A stretch of DNA of 64,000 nt. Origin: Candidatus Levyibacteriota bacterium. Its GTDB lineage: Bacteria > Patescibacteriota > Microgenomatia > Levybacterales > UBA12049. The position numbers and the translations under genes are program-made. The stretch covers positions 274,915 through 338,914 of the forward strand of contig JACOXU010000001.1 in assembly GCA_016182185.1 (NCBI GenBank), given 5' to 3'. The notes under the pieces were generated by a model. The model was not told the DNA's origin and made no database searches. It saw nothing but the letters and a program-made list of their open reading frames with translations. This document shows positions 48,798-57,575 of the stretch, in pieces (positions within the stretch are counted from its first letter, which is position 1; every line of letters starts with the position of its first letter).

Positions 48798-49985
48798 ATG
48801 ATCTATTTCAGCCAGCTGGTAAATAAAAATATATATTTTAATAAAAAGATTTTCGGCAAAATTATTGATGCGGCTGTGTTTGAGAACTATCCTATGCCCT
48901 CTTTATCAAAGATTGCCATCAAAAAGAATAATAAAAAGGTAACAATTACGCCTGAGGCTATTAATTTTTCTCACAAATTTCCTATCTTAAAGTCCGCACA
49001 TGCACCGCTTTTGCCCTTTGATGAAAAAGATTTCTATTTGAAAGAAGATCTTTTAGACAAACAGGTTATAGATATTGATGGAAAAAGGCTTGTCCGAGTA
49101 AATGACATAATTTTGGAGAGTAACGGTGAACTTAAGGTGATCGGGATCGATATAGGCCTGTCTGGAATCTTAAGAAGACTTGGAGTGGGAAAATTAGCAA
49201 AATTAAAAGATAGAGTCTTGCCATGGCAGATGATTGAGGCATTTGACTACGAAACTGGCAATATAAAAATAAAGTTAACTCAAAATAAATTAAATTCTCT
49301 CCATCCGGCAGAGCTTGCAGATATTCTTGAGGAACTCGGAACCAAAGAAAGACTTGGTATTATTGAAGTTTTAAACCCGGATACGGCTGCCAAAGCGATT
49401 GAGGAGGCAAATCCTGAAACGCAGGAGGCAATTCTTGAACAGTTGCCAACATCGCCTCTTAAAACAATCGTTGAAAAAATGCATTTGTCCGAGTTTGCCG
49501 ATATTTTTTATAAGATTAATCCTTTGAGAATCAGGGAAATTCTCGGTCTTTTGGGAATTGAAAAAGCAAGACGTGTAGAAAAACTTCTTGACTTTGGCAT
49601 GGATACGGCAGGAGGCATAATGACACTAGACTTTTATACAGTAAGCGGCGACAAAACTGCCAAAGAGATACTTATTGAGCTTTCCAATCTTAGTCATAAA
49701 CCCGAAGCCATATTAATTACAAACGGGCATGAGAAACTAATCGGCACTCTTCTTACAAAAGATCTTGTTAATTGCGACCAGCTGTCCGTTGTGAAAGACA
49801 TTGTAAGCGACAGAAAATTTACATATGCCAATATAGATTTCTCCCAAATCTTGAGAATCTTTTCTCAGTATCACTTAAGACTTCTTCCTGTCGTTGACAA
49901 GGAAAAAAAACCAATCGGAGTGATATCTATCGACTCTGTTCTGGGCAACATAGAAGAAAGACAAGAGGAAAATGAATCTATTTAG
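48798..49985 (+). CDS. Soluble PRC-barrel + MgtE-N + CBS-pair protein (stand-alone MgtE cytoplasmic regulatory module, no TM domain)
   Basis: PRC-barrel-like VIDIDGKRLVRVNDIILESNGELKVIGIDIG. MgtE_N-like helical region LHPAELADILEELGTKERLGIIEVLNPDTAAKAIEEANPETQEAILEQL. C-terminal CBS-like repeats. No hydrophobic segments. Confidence 0.6.
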   Translation: MIYFSQLVNKNIYFNKKIFGKIIDAAVFENYPMPSLSKIAIKKNNKKVTITPEAINFSHKFPILKSAHAPLLPFDEKDFYLKEDLLDKQVIDIDGKRLVRVNDIILESNGELKVIGIDIGLSGILRRLGVGKLAKLKDRVLPWQMIEAFDYETGNIKIKLTQNKLNSLHPAELADILEELGTKERLGIIEVLNPDTAAKAIEEANPETQEAILEQLPTSPLKTIVEKMHLSEFADIFYKINPLRIREILGLLGIEKARRVEKLLDFGMDTAGGIMTLDFYTVSGDKTAKEILIELSNLSHKPEAILITNGHEKLIGTLLTKDLVNCDQLSVVKDIVSDRKFTYANIDFSQILRIFSQYHLRLLPVVDKEKKPIGVISIDSVLGNIEERQEENESI

Positions 49986-51219
49986 AAGACACTTTCGTAG
50001 AATTCTTCCCGTTCTCGCAATCATCGGACCCGGAATTATTTCAGGATCTGTTGATAATGATGCGGGTGGAATCACAACTTATTCAGTTGCAGGAGCCAGA
50101 TTTGGCTATTCTCTTTTGTGGGTTTTATTTTTAACCACATTTTCCCTGGCAATTACACAAGAAATTGGAGCAAGGATGGGACTTGTTACAGGAAAAGGTC
50201 TGGCTTCCTTGATCCGGGAAAAATTTGGCCTTAACTGGACCGCAATTGTTATGGTAATTTTGTTTATTGCCAACATGGGAACAATTGCTGCTGAGTTTGC
50301 GGGGATCGCAGGGGCTTTGGAAATATTTAATGTTCCACGATTTGCCTCTGTGCTTATAGCAATTACTGCCGTTTATTTTCTGGTCACAAGAGGAAATTTT
50401 AAAAGACTGGAAAGAATCTTCTTAGTTATTTCGTTTTTTTATATTTCTTATATTATTTCTGCATTTATCATTAATCCTAGCTGGGGAATCGCAGTCAAAA
50501 GTCTTGTAATGCCGAGCTTTCAGCTAAATAATGCATATATTTTAACCCTCATGGCAGTAGTAGGTACGACAATCACACCTTGGGGCCAGTTTTTTATACA
50601 GGATTATGTCGTGGATAAAAAGCTTTCGAAGGAGGATCTAAAAATAGAGCGAGGCGATGTATTTTTAGGTTCTTTTCTGACGAATTTTATCGCTTTTTTT
50701 ATAGTTGTTGCTACAGCGGGAACACTTTTTGCTCAGGGAATTAATATCACTGAAGCAAAAGATGCGGCAATTGCTCTGAAACCATTAGCAGGAAATTTTG
50801 CGGCCGTACTTTTCTCATTTGGACTTCTAAATGCTTCTCTTTTTGGCGCTGCTTTAGTACCGGTTACTACTTCCTACGTAATTACCGAAGCATTTGGAAT
50901 GGAATCGGGGCTCAATTTTAGAGTCAGGCAAGCTCCGTATTTTTATGGTCTTTTTGCCTTTTCTCTTGTCTTGGGAGGTCTTATGGTAATAATTCCCTCA
51001 TTTCCTCTTCTCACGATTCTTATAGTCTCTCAGGCCTTAAATGCAGTGCTACTTCTTCCTATTTTTATATTTCTCTACCTCCTTTCAAATGACAAAAAGA
51101 TTTTGGGCAATTACGTAAACAACAGGCTAATAAATGCAGTTCTTATAATTACCTTTACAGGGGTCGCAATTGCCTCATCTATCTATCTCTTCTCCCTCTT
51201 CTTCCCAAAGGGATTTTAA
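49972..51219 (+). CDS. NRAMP (SLC11) family transporter with non-canonical metal-site residues (NRMT-like candidate Mg2+ transporter)
   Basis: TM1 GPGIISGSVDNDAGG against canonical GPG...DPGN. The TM6 region GTTITPWGQFF against canonical A-x-MPHN: Met is replaced by Thr and His by Trp. 415 aa with about 11 TM segments. Overlaps the upstream ORF by 14 nt. Confidence 0.65.
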   Translation: MNLFRRHFRRILPVLAIIGPGIISGSVDNDAGGITTYSVAGARFGYSLLWVLFLTTFSLAITQEIGARMGLVTGKGLASLIREKFGLNWTAIVMVILFIANMGTIAAEFAGIAGALEIFNVPRFASVLIAITAVYFLVTRGNFKRLERIFLVISFFYISYIISAFIINPSWGIAVKSLVMPSFQLNNAYILTLMAVVGTTITPWGQFFIQDYVVDKKLSKEDLKIERGDVFLGSFLTNFIAFFIVVATAGTLFAQGINITEAKDAAIALKPLAGNFAAVLFSFGLLNASLFGAALVPVTTSYVITEAFGMESGLNFRVRQAPYFYGLFAFSLVLGGLMVIIPSFPLLTILIVSQALNAVLLLPIFIFLYLLSNDKKILGNYVNNRLINAVLIITFTGVAIASSIYLFSLFFPKGF

Positions 51220-51282
51220 TCGATCATATCAAGCCCTACGCATTGTCTGTTAGCTTCTACATCTGGTAACGAATCTTTAATA

Positions 51283-52371
51283 TTGATTAATTGTAAATCA
51301 TGTAGTATATTGCGAGCATTGTTTATGGGCAATGCCTTAGAAGAAAGAGAAAGAAAAGAACAAAGAAGTTTTGGTGTAGTGCAAGTTGTAGTAGACGGAT
51401 CACCCTTGTTTAAACCCGATTACGCTGCAGATCTTTCTGATAGAAGTTTCATAAATTATCTTAAGAACTCAGAGTCGGTGTGGAAATACGGTTCGGCAGC
51501 TTGGATGGACAGAAAACCAGAAGATATAAAACTGCTTGAAAGAATTGCGAAAGACAAGAGATTTCCTGAATTCTTAGCAGGCGTTATTAGAAACGGAGAA
51601 GACTATTTTGCAACACAAGCTGCCTCAGATTTAGCCGATATGATTGCGGGCAGCAATCAAGCTCTTGAAATCATTCCCTCAGAAGATTTAAGGCTACCTG
51701 AAAAAACTCCTGAGGATCCTGAGAATAAAGATAATTCTTTAGACAAGATAACAAAATCTATCAGGAGATTGGGATTATTTTTAAGAAAAGGGATGATAAT
51801 TTGTAGAGGAAATGTCGGCGAGGTAGAGGCCCTGCGAGGAGGAACTCTGTATATTGACGGGGATGTAGAGAAATTATCTCAACCCGAATACGGAATAGTT
51901 TATATAAATGGCGATCTTCATCATCTTGGAAATTCAGATAAAATCATTTTGATTGTAACTGGAAAAATTCATGAGTATGTCCAGCCGAAATACTCAGCGG
52001 GTGGTCTTGGATTAGAAATAACCCCTTCTCCTTTTATTTTCACTTCTGAGGAAATTAGAGGACATCGGGTCGGAGTAAAAGATCATCACGGAGGAACTCA
52101 ATTGACACACGCTGAAGAATTTTCCGGAGGTTTGGTTGTCTCTCCTGATTCTATATCTGGATGGCAACCTCAAGATGTGAAAAGAAGAGCCATGGACCTT
52201 TGCAGGAAGCGGGTGGATACGGATCTTGAAAGCATTCGAAAAATCGCAGGAAACATAAGCGACCCAAAAAATATGGCGGAATTTTACGAGAAGTATATTT
52301 TGGGATACATAACAGCTCGAGTTAAAGGAAACTATGAAGGAGCGAGCCGTCACGCTATATCTTTTGACTAG
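51283..52371 (+). CDS. Hypothetical protein with a central beta-helix-like (bactofilin-reminiscent) repeat region
   Basis: 362 aa with higher GC than neighbours. The segment ICRGNVGEVEALRGGTLYIDGDVEKL...GIVYINGDLHHLGNSDKIILIVTGKIHEY has alternating G/V/I periodicity. The start is uncertain. Confidence 0.35.
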   Translation: MINCKSCSILRALFMGNALEERERKEQRSFGVVQVVVDGSPLFKPDYAADLSDRSFINYLKNSESVWKYGSAAWMDRKPEDIKLLERIAKDKRFPEFLAGVIRNGEDYFATQAASDLADMIAGSNQALEIIPSEDLRLPEKTPEDPENKDNSLDKITKSIRRLGLFLRKGMIICRGNVGEVEALRGGTLYIDGDVEKLSQPEYGIVYINGDLHHLGNSDKIILIVTGKIHEYVQPKYSAGGLGLEITPSPFIFTSEEIRGHRVGVKDHHGGTQLTHAEEFSGGLVVSPDSISGWQPQDVKRRAMDLCRKRVDTDLESIRKIAGNISDPKNMAEFYEKYILGYITARVKGNYEGASRHAISFD

Positions 52372-52423
52372 TGCTGGGCATACCGCTCTAGACCCATTTA
52401 GTCATTATAGCAATCAGCTGCTC

Positions 52424-52848
52424 TCACTTATTCAAAATAACTATAGATACGTTAAGAAGGGTTGCAAATGCAACCCACAAAGCATAAGGTAAAAGAAGAT
52501 ACATGGCAAACTTGGATATTTTATTAAACTTAATCATAGTTAAAATTAGTGCGACAAATAGAACAGTAGTAAAAATAAATATAGTGCTATTTTTATTTTT
52601 TTGCTTTTGGAATCCTCTCTCCAAATTAAATAAGCTGATAAGCCCATCAGAAAATATAATATTATCCAGACCGGACCAAAAATCCAGTTGGGTGGAGAAA
52701 ATGGCGGTTTTATAAGTTGTGCGTACCATGTAGGTATTGAACCAATAGTAAATGGAGTACCCGCTAGTCCTACTAACTCACAACCTATGATTGAAATTAT
52801 AACCTTGTAAATATCTCTCACATTTTTAGTATGAGAAATGATTGTCAT
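52424..52848 (-). pseudogene. tspO: TspO/MBR (tryptophan-rich sensory protein) gene split by a frameshift
   Basis: The N-terminal part (ORF 52546-52848) reads GSIPTWYAQLIKPPFSPPNWIFGPVWIILYFLMGLSAYLIW. The C-terminal part (ORF 52424-52729) lies in another frame and reads LLPYALWVAFATLLNVSI. The two overlap in an A/T homopolymer-rich stretch, so this is either a true frameshift or a sequencing error. Confidence 0.6.
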
Positions 52849-53063
52849 TATGTCAATTAAAAAATTCTTAATTAAGGGACTAAACGGTCTGGAACCATTT
52901 GATCATTATAACTGCATTAATTCCGCTTTTTATCAAATAAATTCCTATTTTCCCAGTAATTTGCTAAGGATTATAAGCTTCGCAGGAGTGGTGAATCGAA
53001 GCTTTAGGGTTATAGTCCGCGTGTGCTGAGCATATCGGTCTCGAACCGTTTGAACTTTATAGC

Positions 53064-53693
53064 TTAATGTCGTCTGTCAATAAAATCTTTCCACGAACGC
53101 ATTTTTAGTTTTGCAAACCCTTTTGGTTTAAAATGAACCTTCTTGTGAGAATAAATAAATTTTAATCTCTGATAACCAATATAGCTCAAGATAATACCAG
53201 TGCTCGTACCCAAATTTAGACTCTCAACAATGCCACCCATTGGTATTTGAATACACATATCTGAGCTATTAACTGCTTCATCAGATATGCCTCCAGATTC
53301 ATTACCAAACCAGATAGCAAGACGCCGTTGCGTGAATGTCTCTTCATATAAATTTATATTATTCTTCCCCTTTTTATGTGATGAAGTTACAGCAATGGTA
53401 TAAAGATTTTTCTTAAGATGATCTATGCACTCACTAGTAGAATTAAAATATTTTACGAAAACCCATTTATTTGCCCCAACACTAATATTTGATAAATGTT
53501 TATCTTTTCGAGACGTTTCAAAATCTTTTAAGATATCTGCGCCACCAATAACATATAGTTTTTCAACACCGAATGCTGAAATATTCCTTATTGCAGAAGC
53601 AATATTGACTAAGTTGTCTGGATTTTCTAATACGCAAATGAAATACTTATTTTGCAGATGCTTTACTTGTCTAATTCTTTCTCTTATGGCCAT
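53064..53693 (-). CDS. SpoU/TrmH-family RNA 2'-O-methyltransferase
   Basis: 209 aa with the C-terminal SPOUT motifs IQIPMGGIVESLNLGTSTGIILSY. Confidence 0.7.
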   Translation of the reverse strand: MAIRERIRQVKHLQNKYFICVLENPDNLVNIASAIRNISAFGVEKLYVIGGADILKDFETSRKDKHLSNISVGANKWVFVKYFNSTSECIDHLKKNLYTIAVTSSHKKGKNNINLYEETFTQRRLAIWFGNESGGISDEAVNSSDMCIQIPMGGIVESLNLGTSTGIILSYIGYQRLKFIYSHKKVHFKPKGFAKLKMRSWKDFIDRRH

Positions 53694-53749
53694 ATTTATA
53701 CTTATAATTTTGCTGCCGGAGTTGGATTTTTTTTATCTTCTTGCCAGAG

Positions 53750-53820
53750 CTGCTGGGTTTGGATTCGAACCAAAATAAACGGATTCAGAGTCCGTTGTCC
53801 TACCATTAGACGACCCAGCA
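53750..53820 (-). tRNA. tRNA-Gln (anticodon CUG), U1:A72, no encoded CCA
   Basis: The minus-strand reading is TGCTGGGTCGTCTAATGGTAGGACAACGGACTCTGAATCCGTTTATTTTGGTTCGAATCCAAACCCAGCAG. It has a 7-bp acceptor stem, anticodon stem ACGGA/TCCGT with loop CTCTGAA, and T-arm TTTGG-TTCGAAT-CCAAA. Confidence 0.8.
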
Positions 53821-53888
53821 ATGTCAAGCTAATTTTATCAGATTTTCCAAGGCATAACAAACTTAATTATTAATGCTATAATTACTCT

Positions 53889-54671
53889 ATGAAATCAGAT
53901 AATATTAATAATTATAAAAGGGTTGCATTAGGTCTTGCACATCAAGCTGGGAAAATTATGCGGAAAAATTTCTCACTTGGTAGCAAAAAGACCTGGAAAA
54001 AAGACAATACTCCAGTTACCGAAACCGATATTACAGTCAACAAACTAGTAATAAAAACTCTTTCAAAAAATTTTCCAGAGTACGGAATAATCGGAGAAGA
54101 AGAGAGTCTTAAAAAAAACTCCCAGTATCAATGGGTATGTGATCCCCTTGATGGCACAGTGCCCTTTTCTCACGGTTACCCAATGTTTACTTTTGTACTG
54201 GCATTGGTTAAAAATGGCGATCCTATATTGGGAGTAATTTATGACCCAATTTTAGACAGGCTTTTCTACGCTGAAAAGAGGAAAGGTACTTTTCTTAATG
54301 GCAAAAGGATCAGGGTTTCCGATCAAAAAACACTTGGCAAATATTCAGTCGTAGAAGTAAATGCACGCAATAGATATAAAAACCTTCAAGATATAATTTC
54401 GGAAAGAGCACATTATACTGTTAACTTTATTTCAGCATCTTACGCTGCAAGCCTGGTTGCATCCGGAGCTTTCGTTGCCAATGTTTATGAATATGAGAAT
54501 CCATGGGATGGAGCTGCTGCAAAAATAATTGTTGAAGAGGCAGGTGGAAAGGTAACTGACATTACCGGAAAAGAACAAAGATATGACCGCGATATAAACG
54601 GCTTTATCGCAAGTAACGGCCTAGTCCACAAAGAACTTTTAAAACTTTGTGAAATCGCCCGAGAGAATTAG
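53889..54671 (+). CDS. Inositol monophosphatase / FBPase-family phosphatase (SuhB-like)
   Basis: Metal-binding motifs EEE (GIIGEEES), WVCDPLDGT, and a C-terminal WDGAAA region. 260 aa. Confidence 0.75.
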   Translation: MKSDNINNYKRVALGLAHQAGKIMRKNFSLGSKKTWKKDNTPVTETDITVNKLVIKTLSKNFPEYGIIGEEESLKKNSQYQWVCDPLDGTVPFSHGYPMFTFVLALVKNGDPILGVIYDPILDRLFYAEKRKGTFLNGKRIRVSDQKTLGKYSVVEVNARNRYKNLQDIISERAHYTVNFISASYAASLVASGAFVANVYEYENPWDGAAAKIIVEEAGGKVTDITGKEQRYDRDINGFIASNGLVHKELLKLCEIAREN

Positions 54672-54751
54672 AAAACAATCTCCTCTCTGTTATAATTAAC
54701 ATCTAATATTTCTCTTCACCTTTTTGTCTCCAATAGGACTATAATGTATTT

Positions 54752-55123
54752 ATGGATGGCAAAACCCAACCAAGCTTAATTCTTCTGACATATAAAAATA
54801 AGGTTCTCCTCATGCATAAGAGTGATAATTCAATTGACAAAGAAAAACATCCGTGGTGTCTTATCGGCGGAATTAAAGAAGAAAAAGAGTCTTTTGAAAA
54901 TGCGATGACAAGACGGGTAGAAAAAGAAATGGGTATAAAAGTTGATAAAGTTGAATATGTCTCTGAATCTTGTTATCATGCCAGACTAACCGATGATAAT
55001 GTCAATAAGATTCAAAGGGCAGAAAATCAACTGCTTGATTTTTTTACTCTTGGAGAAGTGAAAAAGCTTTTTCTTTCAAGCACAACAGCGCAATTTATTT
55101 CAAAACACAGCGCCCTTATATAA
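54752..55123 (+). CDS. NUDIX hydrolase
   Basis: Nudix box GGIKEEKESFENAMTRRVEKEMGI, fitting GX5EX7REUXEEXGU. Confidence 0.7.
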   Translation: MDGKTQPSLILLTYKNKVLLMHKSDNSIDKEKHPWCLIGGIKEEKESFENAMTRRVEKEMGIKVDKVEYVSESCYHARLTDDNVNKIQRAENQLLDFFTLGEVKKLFLSSTTAQFISKHSALI

Positions 55124-55147
55124 AAAGGGGGGAAGCGACCCTCAGTA

Positions 55148-55167
55148 AACGGAGGGTTATTTGGATA
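55148..55167. terminator. Hairpin between convergent NUDIX and dgkA genes (candidate bidirectional terminator)
   Basis: ACCCTC-agtaaacg-GAGGGT, a 6-bp stem followed by TTATTT on the plus strand. A T-run also follows on the minus side at a distance of 11 nt. Confidence 0.35.
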
Positions 55168-55169
55168 GT

Positions 55170-55538
55170 TTATCTAATTAACTTCATTATGTGGGGGATG
55201 AAGATGAGGAGGCCGACGATCACAGCGCCCATTGAAGCGACAAGCACCATGCCCGCTCCGACATCTTTGGCGATCTTGGCTTCTTTTCGATGCTCACTGA
55301 TAATAAGATCTACCATCTCTTCAAGTGCTGAATTGATCATTTCTGTACAAATAACCAAAACTATCATAACGCCTAAGATTCCCATTTCAAATGGAGTAAC
55401 TTTAAAATAAACGCTCGCAACAACTACAACAACTGCGGCTGCCAAATGAATTCTTAAGTTTCTGTTGTGTCTTATTGAGAAAAATATTCCCTCAAAGGCA
55501 TACTTGAATGATTGAATAAGTGTAGTATTTGTATTCAT
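55170..55538 (-). CDS. dgkA: Diacylglycerol/undecaprenol kinase (DgkA family)
   Basis: 122 aa with 3 TM segments and signature EMINSALEEMVD (family consensus ExxNSAIEAxVD). Confidence 0.75.
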   Translation of the reverse strand: MNTNTTLIQSFKYAFEGIFFSIRHNRNLRIHLAAAVVVVVASVYFKVTPFEMGILGVMIVLVICTEMINSALEEMVDLIISEHRKEAKIAKDVGAGMVLVASMGAVIVGLLIFIPHIMKLIR

Positions 55539-56122
55539 TTTAAATAAGTTTTTGCAATTATATAAACTATTATAGTTATAATTGTACCCAGAACTCCACC
55601 CGTTACTGCCTCTGTCGGCGTATGTTTTTTAATTTTAATCCTTGACCAAGCCATAATCGGAATAAGAACAAGCGAAAGAATAAACCACCCGCCATAAAGA
55701 ATTGCCAAAGAAATACTAAGGGCAGAAACAGTTGCCGTATGAATACTTACTTTAATCCATTGATTGGCAATTCCAAGTACGATTATTCCCAAAATAATAG
55801 CAAAGATGGCAATAAAAAGTATTTTTGGACCATTTAATACAAAAAGAGAAGCAAGGTAAAAAAAGGTAACAAGTCCTGAAAAAAAGAACAATAAGGGCCT
55901 TTGCTCCTTTTTGGAAACATCAAAATCAGAAAAAACTCCCAAGAAGGTTCCGGCAATCACGAACAAAACTACTGAAAAAAGGAAAATATAAGAGAACAAT
56001 GCCCATTTGAGAGCATAAATATCATTATTGCTTACCTTATCTACTAGGATGTATGGCGCAGGCAAAAGAATTATCAGAGGACTCGAGAATAAAGATATTA
56101 TCCTTGCAATAAAATTACTCAT
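55535..56122 (-). CDS. PAP2-family membrane phosphatase (undecaprenyl-diphosphatase/PgpB-like)
   Basis: 195 aa with 5-6 TM segments, motif 2 VSIHTAT (PSGH-like), and motif 3 WSRIKIKKHTPTEAV (SRx5Hx3D/E). Overlaps dgkA by 4 nt. Confidence 0.55.
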   Translation of the reverse strand: MSNFIARIISLFSSPLIILLPAPYILVDKVSNNDIYALKWALFSYIFLFSVVLFVIAGTFLGVFSDFDVSKKEQRPLLFFFSGLVTFFYLASLFVLNGPKILFIAIFAIILGIIVLGIANQWIKVSIHTATVSALSISLAILYGGWFILSLVLIPIMAWSRIKIKKHTPTEAVTGGVLGTIITIIVYIIAKTYLK

Positions 56123-57425
56123 TTAAATTCTTGAAAAAAAATTCTTTTCCGTAAATTTGATTAAGCTCCAAAACGCCTATTCCGTGCTCTTTTCCCGTCA
56201 AGAGAAAATATATTTTTTTAAATGAGATGTTATTTCCCTTACTGAAATTTTTAAGAACCTTGAGAAGTTTCTCATCCTGCCAGGAATCCTTTAATTCATT
56301 TTTAAGATAAACCGATAAATTATTGGCAATTCTTTTTTCTTCCGAGGTCATTTTTCTTTCTCTTCTGATACTCATTAAATTTTTAAAATCTTTTAAAGTT
56401 TTTATTCTTGATCTTGCAGAATCAACTACCAGATCTCCTTTTGACGAATTAAGAAGAGATATTATATCTTTATCTTTGGAATAAAAATCAGTCAATCTTT
56501 GCTTGAGATCCTTAATCTCTCTAATCCACATTCCATTTAACCATTCAAGCTTTTTAAGATCAAAAATCGGATTTGCAGTATTAATATCTTTAAGATCAAA
56601 CAGTCGGATTAATTCCTTAATAGAGAATATTTCTTTATCTCGCCCACGCCTGTCTTCGCTTGCGCTCCGCAGGCGAGATCCGTCGCTTCGCTCGTCCGCT
56701 CCAGGATTCCAGCCAAGAAGCGCCATGTAGTTTAATAAAGTTTCTTTAAGATATCCTTCATCTTTATAATCCAGTACTGCTTTTGCACCGTGCCTCTTAG
56801 AAAGCTTTGTCTTATCAGTTCCTAAGATGATGGGCAAATGACACCAAACAGGTTCTTTCCATAGGAAAGCTTTATATAATTGAACATGTTTTGGTGTCGA
56901 GGAAATAAATTCCTCACCTCTAATTATATGGGTTATTTTCATAAGATAATCATCAACTACATTGGCAAAATTATAGGTTGGATATCCGTCAGACTTCATA
57001 ATTATGAAGTCTTCCTGTGTATTATTTTTAAACACAATTTTTTTATTTCCTACCGCGTCCTGCCAAAAAGTTTCGCCTGTCTTTGGCATCCTAAATCTTA
57101 GAGCGCCTTCTTCTCTATAAGCTAACTTTTTCTTTTCCAAAATATCTGCATATTCTTTGTAAACAGACAGTCTCTCGGATTGAACATATTTTTCATCAAA
57201 GGAAAGACCCAGCCATTCTAAGGTTTTAATTATTATAGTTTCTGCTTCTTTTAAAAATCTAGTTCTGTCTGTATCCTCAATTCGCAGAATAAATTTCCCG
57301 CTGTTATGACGTGCAAAAAGAAAATTAAAAAGCGCAGTTCTTGTATTTCCGATATGAGGGATGCCTGTCGGACTCGGCGCAAACCTTACTCTAATCATAG
57401 TTATTATTCCCGCGGGGTATTTCAA
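56115..57425 (-). CDS. gltX: Glutamyl-tRNA synthetase (class I), short form, with a GC-rich internal insertion
   Basis: HIGH motif (FAPSPTGIPHIGNTRTALFN) and KMSKS-type KLSKRHG. 436 aa. Insertion ADERSDGSRLRSASEDRRGRDK is encoded by a GC-rich patch at about 56640-56710. Confidence 0.85.
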   Translation of the reverse strand: MKYPAGIITMIRVRFAPSPTGIPHIGNTRTALFNFLFARHNSGKFILRIEDTDRTRFLKEAETIIIKTLEWLGLSFDEKYVQSERLSVYKEYADILEKKKLAYREEGALRFRMPKTGETFWQDAVGNKKIVFKNNTQEDFIIMKSDGYPTYNFANVVDDYLMKITHIIRGEEFISSTPKHVQLYKAFLWKEPVWCHLPIILGTDKTKLSKRHGAKAVLDYKDEGYLKETLLNYMALLGWNPGADERSDGSRLRSASEDRRGRDKEIFSIKELIRLFDLKDINTANPIFDLKKLEWLNGMWIREIKDLKQRLTDFYSKDKDIISLLNSSKGDLVVDSARSRIKTLKDFKNLMSIRRERKMTSEEKRIANNLSVYLKNELKDSWQDEKLLKVLKNFSKGNNISFKKIYFLLTGKEHGIGVLELNQIYGKEFFFKNLNE

Positions 57426-57575
57426 AATTTTGTAAAATCAAAGCGAGAAATAAATTTTTTCGCTGGACGCAAGCGAACTGCGTTTTCCTTGAAAAAATTT
57501 GATTTCGAGCAAATATTACAATTGACCTCAGCGGTACACTTGCATTGTACCTTAAGTTTTTCTTATACTCAAGAC

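Noticed and set aside
53020-53065. tRNA-like T-arm (CGGTTCGAGACCG) on the minus strand downstream of the spoU gene
   Set aside because: Only a T-arm-like stem-loop is present. No acceptor stem or anticodon arm can be built from the flanking sequence, so it is not a tRNA or an obvious tRNA fragment.
56503-56730. 75-aa plus-strand ORF rich in Arg/Ser/Leu
   Set aside because: It is antisense to the GC-rich insertion patch of gltX, an artefact of local high GC.
57306-57575. N-terminal 90 codons of ORF 57306-58619
   Set aside because: This portion overlaps the 5' end of gltX on the opposite strand and encodes a Cys/Arg-rich low-complexity stretch. The TM anchor begins after the ATG at 57576, which is the more plausible start.
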